Shown in pieces: positions 8,371 through 16,458 of a stretch of 64,000 bases of DNA. This DNA comes from an uncultured bacterium (GTDB lineage: Bacteria > Verrucomicrobiota > Verrucomicrobiia > Verrucomicrobiales > DEV007), in contig CAXBMO010000004.1 in assembly GCA_963977015.1 (NCBI GenBank), positions 288,001-352,000 on the forward strand, given 5' to 3'. Each line of letters opens with the position of its first letter. Within the stretch, counting starts at the first letter, position 1. The notes below the pieces were generated by a model. That model worked only from the letters and a program-made list of their open reading frames with translations, was not told where the DNA came from and did no database searches. A program made the translations under genes and the position numbers.

Positions 8371-10428
8371 ATGGAAGTCAGCCTTGGTCATCCCAGACCT
8401 CTTGGTGCTCATCGATTGCCCAATGGTCAGTGGAATTTTGCGGTGTTCTCCCAACACGCGAAATCGGTGGAAGTGTGTCTATTTCGCCCTCGTAGCCCAC
8501 ATTCGGAATCCGCCCGATTTTCGTTGAAGAATCGCACCGGCTCCGTCTGGCACGGCGCGGTATCCGGTTTGAAGCCGGGTCAGCTCTATGGTTTGAGGGT
8601 CGATGGAGAGTGGAACCCCTCGCATGGTCACCGCTTCAACCCGCACAAACTTTTGCTCGATCCCTACGCACGAGCGCTTTCGGACCAAATGCGCGATCAC
8701 CGCGATCTCTGCAATCCCGGGAAAAAGCCGGATGAAATCGATAGCGCATCGGTCATGCCCAAATGCGTATTGGTTGATGATAGTTTCGATTGGGAGGGCG
8801 ATCAGCCCCTCAATATCCCGTGGAACCAGACGATCATCTATGAAACCCACGTTGTCGGGCTGACGAAACAGTTTCCCGGGCTCTCCAAACGCATGCGGGG
8901 CACCTACGCGGGACTGGCTCACGACAAAGTGATCCGCTATCTCAAGGACTTGGGAATCACCACCGTTCAGCTGATGCCTGTTCATCATCACATTGATGAC
9001 GGCTTTTTGCAGGATCGTCGCCTCACCAACTATTGGGGCTACCAGACCGTGGGCTTCTTTGCCCCGGAAAGTCGCTATTCGTTCTGCGATCCGTCCAAGG
9101 GCGATCACGTGAAGGAGTTCAAGCGCATGGTGAAGAAGCTCCACCAGCATGGTTTGGAGGTGATTCTGGACGTCGTGTACAACCACACCGGTGAAATGGC
9201 GCCCCAGGGGCCGACCACCAGCTTCCGCGGACTGGACAATCACTCCTACTACCGCTTGGAACCCCGCCACCCCGAGCACTATCGCGATTTCACGGGGTGC
9301 GGAAACACGGTCGACGTTCGCCATCCCTACGTTCTCCAGCTCATCACCGACAGCCTGCGCTATTGGGTCGAAGAAATGCACGTTGACGGATTTCGCTTCG
9401 ACCTGGCGGCTTCCCTCGGTCGAGAAAGCGACGGTTTTACGCGCGAAAACGGCTTTTTCCGCGCCATTCACCAGGATCCGGTGCTCTCCCAAACCAAGCT
9501 GATCGCGGAGCCTTGGGATTTGGGCCCCGGAGGCTACCAAGTCGGCGGATTCCCCGAAGGCTGGTCCGAGCTGAACGGAAAATATCGCGATTGCATGCGC
9601 CGATTCTGGAATGGGGATCCGGGTTTGCTTCCCGAATTCGCCTCTCGCCTTTCAGGCAGTGAAGATCACTACGCCGCGAGTCGCCGCGCCCCCCAATGCA
9701 GCGTCAATTTCCTGACCAGTCACGACGGGTTCACGCTCAAAGACCTGGTCAGCTACAACGAGAAGCACAATCTGGCCAATGGGGAGGAGAATCGCGATGG
9801 CGACATGTCGAACCACTCCCAGAATCATGGCTATGAGGGAGAAACCGATGATCCCGCCATTCTCGACGCCCGTGATCAGCATCGGCGGAATCTCGTATCC
9901 ACGCTGTTTTTATCACTCGGCACGCCGTTTCTCCTTGGGGGAGACGAACGCGGACGATCCCAGGGCGGAAACAACAACGCCTACTGCCAGGACAACGAGA
10001 TCAGTTGGTTTGATTGGAAGGCCAATCCTCGCGATCAGCAATTCTTCAATTTCGTGAAACGGCTGATCCAGTATCGCAAACAACGGCCGGAGTTGATTCG
10101 AAAAGAGTTCTACCACGGAGGGAAAACCGATGATTCGGGAGTCCGCGACCTGGTTTGGTACGATTTTGAAGGCGTCGAGATGGAAGGCGAAGCCTGGTCC
10201 CGAGGCGAGATCGGCGGTCGAATCCAGGCTCTGATTCATGACGAGCAACTCCTGATTTTCAACGCTTGTCACGACCCCGGAAAGGTTCATTTGCCCGGCG
10301 AAGGCTGGCGTCAGATTGTCGATACGACCAAACCGGAAGGTTTTTTGAAGCGGCCCATCAAGGTCGAGAGCCCGGTTTTTGCCGCCGCCTTCAGCCTGCA
10401 CGTGTTTGAGCGTGGGGCGCTGGCCTAA
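8371..10428 (+). CDS. glgX: glycogen debranching enzyme (GH13, isoamylase type)
   Basis: Motifs NYWGY, DVVYNHT, GFRFDLA, IAEPWD, HDGFTL and GNNNAYCQDNEISW. Confidence 0.95.
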   Translation: MEVSLGHPRPLGAHRLPNGQWNFAVFSQHAKSVEVCLFRPRSPHSESARFSLKNRTGSVWHGAVSGLKPGQLYGLRVDGEWNPSHGHRFNPHKLLLDPYARALSDQMRDHRDLCNPGKKPDEIDSASVMPKCVLVDDSFDWEGDQPLNIPWNQTIIYETHVVGLTKQFPGLSKRMRGTYAGLAHDKVIRYLKDLGITTVQLMPVHHHIDDGFLQDRRLTNYWGYQTVGFFAPESRYSFCDPSKGDHVKEFKRMVKKLHQHGLEVILDVVYNHTGEMAPQGPTTSFRGLDNHSYYRLEPRHPEHYRDFTGCGNTVDVRHPYVLQLITDSLRYWVEEMHVDGFRFDLAASLGRESDGFTRENGFFRAIHQDPVLSQTKLIAEPWDLGPGGYQVGGFPEGWSELNGKYRDCMRRFWNGDPGLLPEFASRLSGSEDHYAASRRAPQCSVNFLTSHDGFTLKDLVSYNEKHNLANGEENRDGDMSNHSQNHGYEGETDDPAILDARDQHRRNLVSTLFLSLGTPFLLGGDERGRSQGGNNNAYCQDNEISWFDWKANPRDQQFFNFVKRLIQYRKQRPELIRKEFYHGGKTDDSGVRDLVWYDFEGVEMEGEAWSRGEIGGRIQALIHDEQLLIFNACHDPGKVHLPGEGWRQIVDTTKPEGFLKRPIKVESPVFAAAFSLHVFERGALA

Positions 10429-10434
10429 AAACGC

Positions 10435-11004
10435 TCAGCTAAAAAACGTGGCAAGATCCAACTGAAAGCCGGGAATCGCGTTGCTGCTCACCAATCCAGT
10501 CCCCACCCATTCCTGTTGGTTCGCATAGTTGTCTTTCTCCGGACACCGGAAGACCGTGACGGCGGCTCGGGAGGGATCCACGATCCAATATTCCTGCACT
10601 CCCGCCGAGGCATAAATCGCTGCTTTCAATCGATCTCTCTCGATCGTGCTGACGGACACCTCCACGACCAAAGCTGCAGTCGAGGGATGCGATGTTCGAA
10701 ACGAACGTTCCTCCCCCTTCACCACCATCAAGTCCGGTTCCGGTTCGGAATCCGCAGTCGTAAGGGGACGTTCTTTGGCGACAAAATGGGTATCAGGAAG
10801 AATCTCCTCCAGCAACCGTAGGAGAACGTAAACAAAGTATTCATGTTCGGGAGATTTGCTCATCTTCTCTACAGGAATGCCGTGGAGGAGCTCCACGTTT
10901 TCATCAACCCAACCCAATTCCCCTGACGCATGGTAGAAATCCACACTCATGGGAACGACCGCCTTTTGAATCTCGGGATTCTGAATGATGGATGATCCGG
11001 CCAT
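10435..11004 (-). CDS. Uma2 family (PD-(D/E)xK) endonuclease-like protein
   Basis: VELLHG, EPEPDLMVV, LVVEVS, K..IYA.AGVQEYWIVD. Confidence 0.9.
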   Translation of the reverse strand: MAGSSIIQNPEIQKAVVPMSVDFYHASGELGWVDENVELLHGIPVEKMSKSPEHEYFVYVLLRLLEEILPDTHFVAKERPLTTADSEPEPDLMVVKGEERSFRTSHPSTAALVVEVSVSTIERDRLKAAIYASAGVQEYWIVDPSRAAVTVFRCPEKDNYANQQEWVGTGLVSSNAIPGFQLDLATFFS

Positions 11005-11084
11005 GAATTAAAGAAAGTAGATTTTCCGATGAAAGAAGGAAAGGAAAAAGCTTCGAACCTTTCTTCCCAACACCACGCAAATCG

Positions 11085-11114
11085 AAAAAGCGGCAGACCT
11101 TTCGGCCTGCCGCT
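11085..11114 (-). terminator. Rho-independent terminator after the Gfo/Idh/MocA gene
   Basis: The minus strand reads AGCGGCAGGCC-GAAA-GGTCTGCCGC-TTTTT: a GC stem, GNRA loop and U tract about 30 nt past the stop codon. Confidence 0.8.
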
Positions 11115-11144
11115 CTCCAAAAAATCGAATCGAAAGCGATTCCG

Positions 11145-12485
11145 TTACGCTTCCTCTACGCCGGGAGGATAAGGCGTGATGCCCGGAATCGCCATTTCGC
11201 GGATTGGCAAACTGTCGTTCCAATCGAGATCGTCGCCGGGAACCAGTCGCTCGCCGCTGTTGAGAACATCGTCGTAGGTCAGATACTTGCCACTGTAGGC
11301 CGACATCCGCGCCGTGATTCCATGCAGCGTCGAACGGGCGACCCATTCTTCATCGGAGTGGCGTGCGCCGTCCTTGCGGATGTTCGCGAAGAACTCGTCG
11401 TGCTCGAGCTTATACATGCTCTTGGCTCCGGAACGCGGTTTGCGCCATTTCCAGGCTTTGTCACCGGTCACTTCAGCACTGTTGATCGAGAACGTGGCCT
11501 GGCCTTTGCTTCCGATGATGTAGTCCTTGTTGTCCTTGTAAACCGTTCCGGCATACTGGCTCCAGTTCACATGGGCGCGGATTCCGCCTTCAAATTCGTA
11601 AAAGGCGTGGAAGTGATCGTAGGTGTTCCCCTCATGATTGGGACGCTGGCGCCCCCCCTGGCAGTAGCAGCCAATCGGCATCGCGTCCTGCATGATCCAG
11701 AAAATCTTGTCCACACTGTGGATGCCCTGCTCCACGATTCCGTCGCCACCAAGCCAAGTGAAGTTGTACCAGTTTTTCACCTGCCACTCCACATCGCTCA
11801 TTCCCGCAGGACGATCGGATGCCGGCGGCATCGGCTTGACCATACCGGTGTAGTAGCTGGCGTGAATGGAGTGAATGTCACCAATGTCTCCGTTCCAGAT
11901 GCGATCCTGGAAAAGCTCCCGACCGTGATCGGAGTAACGATAGCAAAATCCGCAAAGGACGGAGAGTCCCTGTTCCTTGGCTTTCTGACCTGCGGCCATG
12001 AAGCGCTTCACACCGGCAACGTCTGTGGCGCAGGGCTTTTCGACGAAGGCATGCTTGCCAGCTTCAATCGCGGCCTCAAAGTGTTGCGGGCGAAATCCGG
12101 GAGGCGTCGTGAGAAGCACAACGTCGACTCCGCTGTCAATCACCTGCCTGTAGGCGTCGAGCCCGGCGAACTTGCGATTTCCGACATTGATCTTGGCCGC
12201 ATCGCTTCCAGAATTCTTTTGGAGAACTTCGAGCTGGCGGTCGATTTTTTCAGCGTAGATGTCGCCAACCGCCCACAATTCACAGTTGTCATCCGCCTGC
12301 ATCGCATCGGCAGCGGCACCGGTTCCGCGTCCACCCATTCCGATGAGGCCAATTTTCAGCTTCTTATCGTCTTGAGCTCGCAACGTCACATTGGGGGCCA
12401 ACACGCTTGTTGCAGCGGCAGCTCCGGCCGTAGTTTTGATAAAACTGCGCCTTGGAGCGCCCTCGGGGTTTTCTGATTCAGTCAT
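11145..12485 (-). CDS. Tat-exported Gfo/Idh/MocA family oxidoreductase
   Basis: Start ATG 12485 gives MTESENPEGAPRRSFIK (twin-arginine signal). Also KIGLIGMGGRG, TPPGFRPQH, HAFVEKP and VEQGIHSVD. Confidence 0.9.
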   Translation of the reverse strand: MTESENPEGAPRRSFIKTTAGAAAATSVLAPNVTLRAQDDKKLKIGLIGMGGRGTGAAADAMQADDNCELWAVGDIYAEKIDRQLEVLQKNSGSDAAKINVGNRKFAGLDAYRQVIDSGVDVVLLTTPPGFRPQHFEAAIEAGKHAFVEKPCATDVAGVKRFMAAGQKAKEQGLSVLCGFCYRYSDHGRELFQDRIWNGDIGDIHSIHASYYTGMVKPMPPASDRPAGMSDVEWQVKNWYNFTWLGGDGIVEQGIHSVDKIFWIMQDAMPIGCYCQGGRQRPNHEGNTYDHFHAFYEFEGGIRAHVNWSQYAGTVYKDNKDYIIGSKGQATFSINSAEVTGDKAWKWRKPRSGAKSMYKLEHDEFFANIRKDGARHSDEEWVARSTLHGITARMSAYSGKYLTYDDVLNSGERLVPGDDLDWNDSLPIREMAIPGITPYPPGVEEA

Positions 12486-12597
12486 TTGGGTAATTCGAAT
12501 TTCGGTTTTCGAGCGATAAAAGGCGACGTTAAAGTGATTCAGTCGGCTGTCCAGTCGCTTTCGCCCTCCCTTGCCCGGAAATGCCTGCCTTTGGACA

Positions 12598-13326
12598 TCA
12601 GCCAATGAATAGCTTCACCGCCATCGCAGCCAATGCGATGTAGAGAACGCCCCGGATGAACTTCTCCCCTTTGTGAATGCTGAGCTGGGAGCCGATCCAA
12701 CCGCCAATCGAGTTGCCAACGGCCAGAATCCCCCCAGTCAGCCACAACACCTTTCCGTTGATCGCAAAAACGATGAGCGCCGCCAACGTGAAACACCCGA
12801 TCACGAAGACCTTGTGCATGTTTACCCGAACGAGATCGAGCCCCATCACGCCGTGAAGCGTCGCGATGACCAGGAACCCGACCCCGGCCTGGATGAATCC
12901 ACCGTAAAACCCGACTCCCACCATGCAGAGGTGCGCCCAGAACGGATGTCGCGTCTCGGTCGAAGGTCTCCACTTCAAGGCCATTGCGATCATGACACCA
13001 ATCATGACACAGGCCAGAACGCGATTGAAAACCACCCCGCGAACCAACGTGCCCAGACACGCTCCCGCGATGGCACCCGGCAGGGTCGCGAGCGCCAATG
13101 TCAAACTCAGTCGCGGCTCGGAAAAGCCCTTCGAGCGGAATCCCGTCACGGCCACAATGTTCTGAGCGAAGATGGCGACGCGGTTGGTGCCGTTCGCAAC
13201 CGGCCCGTCCAACCCCATTAAAACCATCACCGGAAGTGTAATCAACGAGCCACCGCCGGCGAGCACGTTGAGGATTCCAGCGACGAGTCCGAGAGCAGCG
13301 AGAAGGAAGTATTGCCAGAGTTCCAT
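12598..13326 (-). CDS. sulfite exporter TauE/SafE family membrane protein
   Basis: Duplicated GGGS/GGFIQAGVG motifs, ANGTNRVA, about 8 hydrophobic segments. Confidence 0.88.
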   Translation of the reverse strand: MELWQYFLLAALGLVAGILNVLAGGGSLITLPVMVLMGLDGPVANGTNRVAIFAQNIVAVTGFRSKGFSEPRLSLTLALATLPGAIAGACLGTLVRGVVFNRVLACVMIGVMIAMALKWRPSTETRHPFWAHLCMVGVGFYGGFIQAGVGFLVIATLHGVMGLDLVRVNMHKVFVIGCFTLAALIVFAINGKVLWLTGGILAVGNSIGGWIGSQLSIHKGEKFIRGVLYIALAAMAVKLFIG

Positions 13327-13397
13327 GAACGAACGCCGAGATTAGCGCGAAAAACTGCAGTTTCCGCTGGAAAAGCCAATTTTCATTTGTATCCTAT

Positions 13398-13415
13398 TTT
13401 CAGAACTTACTGAAA
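13398..13415. promoter_or_regulatory. palindromic operator TTTCAG-N6-CTGAAA
   Basis: Perfect 6-bp inverted repeat (TTTCAG AACTTA CTGAAA) in the AT-rich divergent intergenic region, 45 nt before the first gene of the 13461-16458 operon. Confidence 0.6.
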
Positions 13416-13460
13416 GTTCCTTATTAAAAGTAGAAACCATAACCTAACCTCGAATCCATC

Positions 13461-13856
13461 ATGAGCCTGATCGTCATCACCTACACCATCTACCTCACAC
13501 TGAGCCTCATGCTCACCATCTGGGTCGCCAAAACCCTCCATCGCAACGGTCGCATCTTCCTGGTCGATTGTTTTCAGGGAAATGAGGAACTCGCGGACAG
13601 CGTCAACCACCTGCTGGTCGTCGGTTTCTACCTCATCAACATCGGCTTCGTCACCCTCTACCTGAAAATCGGAGCCGAGATCGCAGTTGCCCAAGACATC
13701 TTCGAGGCACTCAGCCAGAAAATGGGCGTCGTCCTCCTCGTGCTCGGCGTGATGCACTTCTTCAACATCTTCGTCTTCACCCGGATGCGCCGCAAAGCCC
13801 TGATCCGCAACTACCCACCGCCGGTCCCCGCCAACGCGCATACCGCCACCAACTGA
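13461..13856 (+). CDS. conserved small integral membrane protein (3 TM)
   Basis: 131 aa with good codon usage. TLHRNGRIFLVDCF..NEELADSVNHLLVVGFYLINIG is a motif I recall from membrane proteins encoded beside DCC1-like genes. Confidence 0.8.
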   Translation: MSLIVITYTIYLTLSLMLTIWVAKTLHRNGRIFLVDCFQGNEELADSVNHLLVVGFYLINIGFVTLYLKIGAEIAVAQDIFEALSQKMGVVLLVLGVMHFFNIFVFTRMRRKALIRNYPPPVPANAHTATN

Positions 13857-13880
13857 GATCCCCCCAACCGAATCCCCACC

Positions 13881-14321
13881 ATGAAAATGCTCCACGTCTT
13901 TTACGATAGCCATTGCGGAATGTGCCGCCGGTTTCGGGCGTGGCTTGCCGCTGAGCCGCAGATCGTGCGGCTCAGCTTTCACAGCTACCGCCTGCCTGAA
14001 GCCAAGGAGATTCTTCCCAACCTCGACGACTACAGCCCCGGCAATGAATTGGTCGTAATGGCCGATACCGGCGAAATCTACCAAGGCCCCCGCGCCTGGA
14101 TCATGTGCCTCTGGGCGCTGGAGAATCACCGGGAACTCGCCATCAAACTCAGCCAACCTCGTTGGTTCGGTTTTACCAAGCGGATCTGCCGTCTCGTTTC
14201 CGAAAATCGCCTCGGCCTTTCCAAACTGCTCTTTGGCAAGGACGCCCAATTCCTCGCCGATCTCGAACAGGCCGAACAAGCCAATCCCAACACCTGCACC
14301 GATGAAGCCTGCCATGTTTAA
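13881..14321 (+). CDS. DCC1-like thiol-disulfide oxidoreductase (DUF393)
   Basis: N-terminal VFYDSHCGMC (DxxCxxC), G.RAWIMCLWAL, VSENR; extra C-terminal CTDEAC. Confidence 0.88.
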   Translation: MKMLHVFYDSHCGMCRRFRAWLAAEPQIVRLSFHSYRLPEAKEILPNLDDYSPGNELVVMADTGEIYQGPRAWIMCLWALENHRELAIKLSQPRWFGFTKRICRLVSENRLGLSKLLFGKDAQFLADLEQAEQANPNTCTDEACHV

Positions 14322-14736
14322 TCCTCCCTACACGATCGCCACCAGAGCCGCTTTCGCGCTGATCGCCGTCGCCGGAACCATCCTCTTTGCCATCGTATCC
14401 GGAGCCGGTCAGGAAAGCGGAATCAAGCTCGCCTGGATCACGGGAATCTCCTGGATCATCTTCGGAACCTGCCTCGTCCGCTGGAGCCGCCTCCCCTTCT
14501 GGCATTGCATCGATTTCTGCCTCGCCGCAATGGTGATTGGCGAGATCATCCTGATCCTTTCCGCATTGCTCGCCCTTCCCGGCCCCGGAATCGTCGCCGC
14601 CAACCTGGCCATGGCGGCCTTCCTTGCCGACCGATTTCTGAAACGCGGCTTTCCGGTCTGGAAAACCTGCACGCTCTGGTTCGCCGTCCTCAACGGCATC
14701 GCTCTCATCCTCACCCCCTTCTTCTACGAATTATGA
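14314..14736 (+). CDS. hypothetical integral membrane protein
   Basis: ATG 14314 overlaps the DCC1 stop, and its TGA overlaps the next ATG. About 5 hydrophobic segments. Confidence 0.7.
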   Translation: MFNPPYTIATRAAFALIAVAGTILFAIVSGAGQESGIKLAWITGISWIIFGTCLVRWSRLPFWHCIDFCLAAMVIGEIILILSALLALPGPGIVAANLAMAAFLADRFLKRGFPVWKTCTLWFAVLNGIALILTPFFYEL

Positions 14737-15524
14737 ACGCACCTGCCCACCCCTTTCATCGCAGCTACACCGATACCAAGACCAACACTGCCACCAGCAC
14801 GAAACCGCGTGCCTGGCTTCCCAATAATCCTGTGCCCATGGTTGGCCGGCTCAGCCGTTGCTGGCTGCTCGCCTACCGGGCTCCGCTCGACCTGGTGAGC
14901 CGTCATCTGCCGGCTCCGCTCAAGCCCCTGAGCTTCGGCGGATACGGATTCTGGAACGTCGTGGTTTGCGAAGTTGAAAACATGCGTCCCCGCAAGTTTC
15001 CCAAGGTTCTGGGAATCACCTATCGACACGTCGCCTATCGGATCTATGTCCGTCACCTCAATCAGGCGGGCGCTTCGGTTGAAGGCTTGTATTTCCTGCG
15101 GAGCGACTGTGATTCTCCACTCGTTGCCGCTGGAGGAAACGCCCTCACGGAATTCAAATTCCATACCGGCGAGATCACGATCGCGGAAAATCCCCTGGCG
15201 ACCCTGCTCGAAGTTCAGGCAACTGGAGCGAATGGACGCGCCACGATCAACTACGGCCATCACGCGAAACTCGCCGACGACTCTCCCTTTCAATCCGTTC
15301 AGGAGGCGGGCGACTTTTTGGAATACAGCCCGCACGGCATTTCGGTTTCTCCGCGGGGAGTGGAAGTGCTCCCGATTCAGCGGGACGAGGCGGCGTGGAA
15401 ACCGCGAGTCGTCGCCGCTCATTCCGACCACTGGGACTATCTCACGAACGAAGAAACTCATCTTGAAGTCGCCTACGAAGTCGCCCCCATCGACTACGAA
15501 TGGCTTCCCGCCCATCACCTCTAA
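14733..15524 (+). CDS. DUF2071 (YqjF-like, acetoacetate-decarboxylase-like fold) protein
   Basis: ATGA overlap with the upstream gene. Motifs LLAYR, LPAPL.P, MRP..FP..LG..YRHVAYRIYVR, EGLYFLRSD. Confidence 0.75.
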   Translation: MNAPAHPFHRSYTDTKTNTATSTKPRAWLPNNPVPMVGRLSRCWLLAYRAPLDLVSRHLPAPLKPLSFGGYGFWNVVVCEVENMRPRKFPKVLGITYRHVAYRIYVRHLNQAGASVEGLYFLRSDCDSPLVAAGGNALTEFKFHTGEITIAENPLATLLEVQATGANGRATINYGHHAKLADDSPFQSVQEAGDFLEYSPHGISVSPRGVEVLPIQRDEAAWKPRVVAAHSDHWDYLTNEETHLEVAYEVAPIDYEWLPAHHL

Positions 15525-15528
15525 CGCC

Positions 15529-16458
15529 ATGAATGAAGTTCCACGAATGCATTGCCCGACTCCGCAAACCAACCCGCTCGAAGGACGGGTCGCATGGAGC
15601 CCCTCCAAGTCCCTGTGGTTTTGGAGCAACGCCCTGATCGCCGTCATCGGCAGCTATCTGACCTTCTCCCTGGACGCGGCGGTGGTTGCCGCTTTCCTCA
15701 CGGTGATCACGCTCTGCCTCGGGCAATCGGTTGGCCTGCACCGTCTTCTCATTCACCGGAGCTTCGAATGTCCCTGGCCGTTGGAACTCGCCCTCGTTTA
15801 TCTGGGCTCTCTCGTTGGACTGGGTGGCCCGCGCCGCGTGATCTATCTTCACGAGATTCGCGATTGGTCTCAGCGTCACCCGCGTTGTCACCCCCTTTTC
15901 ATCCACGCCAGTCATCCGCTGCGTGACTTCTGGTGGCAGTTGAACTGCGAAGTGAAGCTGGATCATCCTCCGGTGCTGATCCTGAAACCAGGACTCGACG
16001 ATCACGCCATCTATCGCGCGATGGACCGATTCTGGCCGCTCCTCCAGCTTCCGGTGGCGACCATCCTCCTGGCGATCGGCGGCGTCCCCTGGGTGATCTG
16101 GGGAATCTGTGTCCGGATTACCGTTTCCATGATCGGGCACTGGCTCGTCGGCTATCTGGCTCACAATGTTGGTCAGCGGGATTGGCATTTGGAGGGTCAC
16201 GCCGTTCAGGGCTACAATGTTCCCGGCTTCGGGCTCCTGACGATGGGCGAAGCCTGGCACAACAACCATCACGCCTTTCCCAAGTCTGCCCGATTTGGTC
16301 TCAACCGAGGACAGCTTGACCCGGGTTGGTGGGCACTCTGCCTGCTTGCCAAATGGGGACTCGCGAAGAACTTCTCTCTGCCGGAAAACCTACCCGAAAG
16401 AGCTGAGCTTCATCCAGCGGAAGAATTGCCACCGGCGCAGATCACCTCACGGATCTGA
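15529..16458 (+). CDS. membrane fatty-acid (delta-9-like) desaturase family protein with an atypical second His box
   Basis: Box 1 GLHRLLIH, box 3 GEAWHNNHHAFP.SARFG, QLDPGWW. Box 2 reads HEIRD. Probable start is ATG 15529; the longer track ORF overlaps DUF2071. Confidence 0.85.
   Translation: MNEVPRMHCPTPQTNPLEGRVAWSPSKSLWFWSNALIAVIGSYLTFSLDAAVVAAFLTVITLCLGQSVGLHRLLIHRSFECPWPLELALVYLGSLVGLGGPRRVIYLHEIRDWSQRHPRCHPLFIHASHPLRDFWWQLNCEVKLDHPPVLILKPGLDDHAIYRAMDRFWPLLQLPVATILLAIGGVPWVIWGICVRITVSMIGHWLVGYLAHNVGQRDWHLEGHAVQGYNVPGFGLLTMGEAWHNNHHAFPKSARFGLNRGQLDPGWWALCLLAKWGLAKNFSLPENLPERAELHPAEELPPAQITSRI

Noticed and set aside
14974-15528. N-terminal extension of the desaturase in the 494-aa track ORF
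   Set aside because: It overlaps DUF2071 in another frame and has a non-protein-like composition; ATG 15529 fits the operon spacing.
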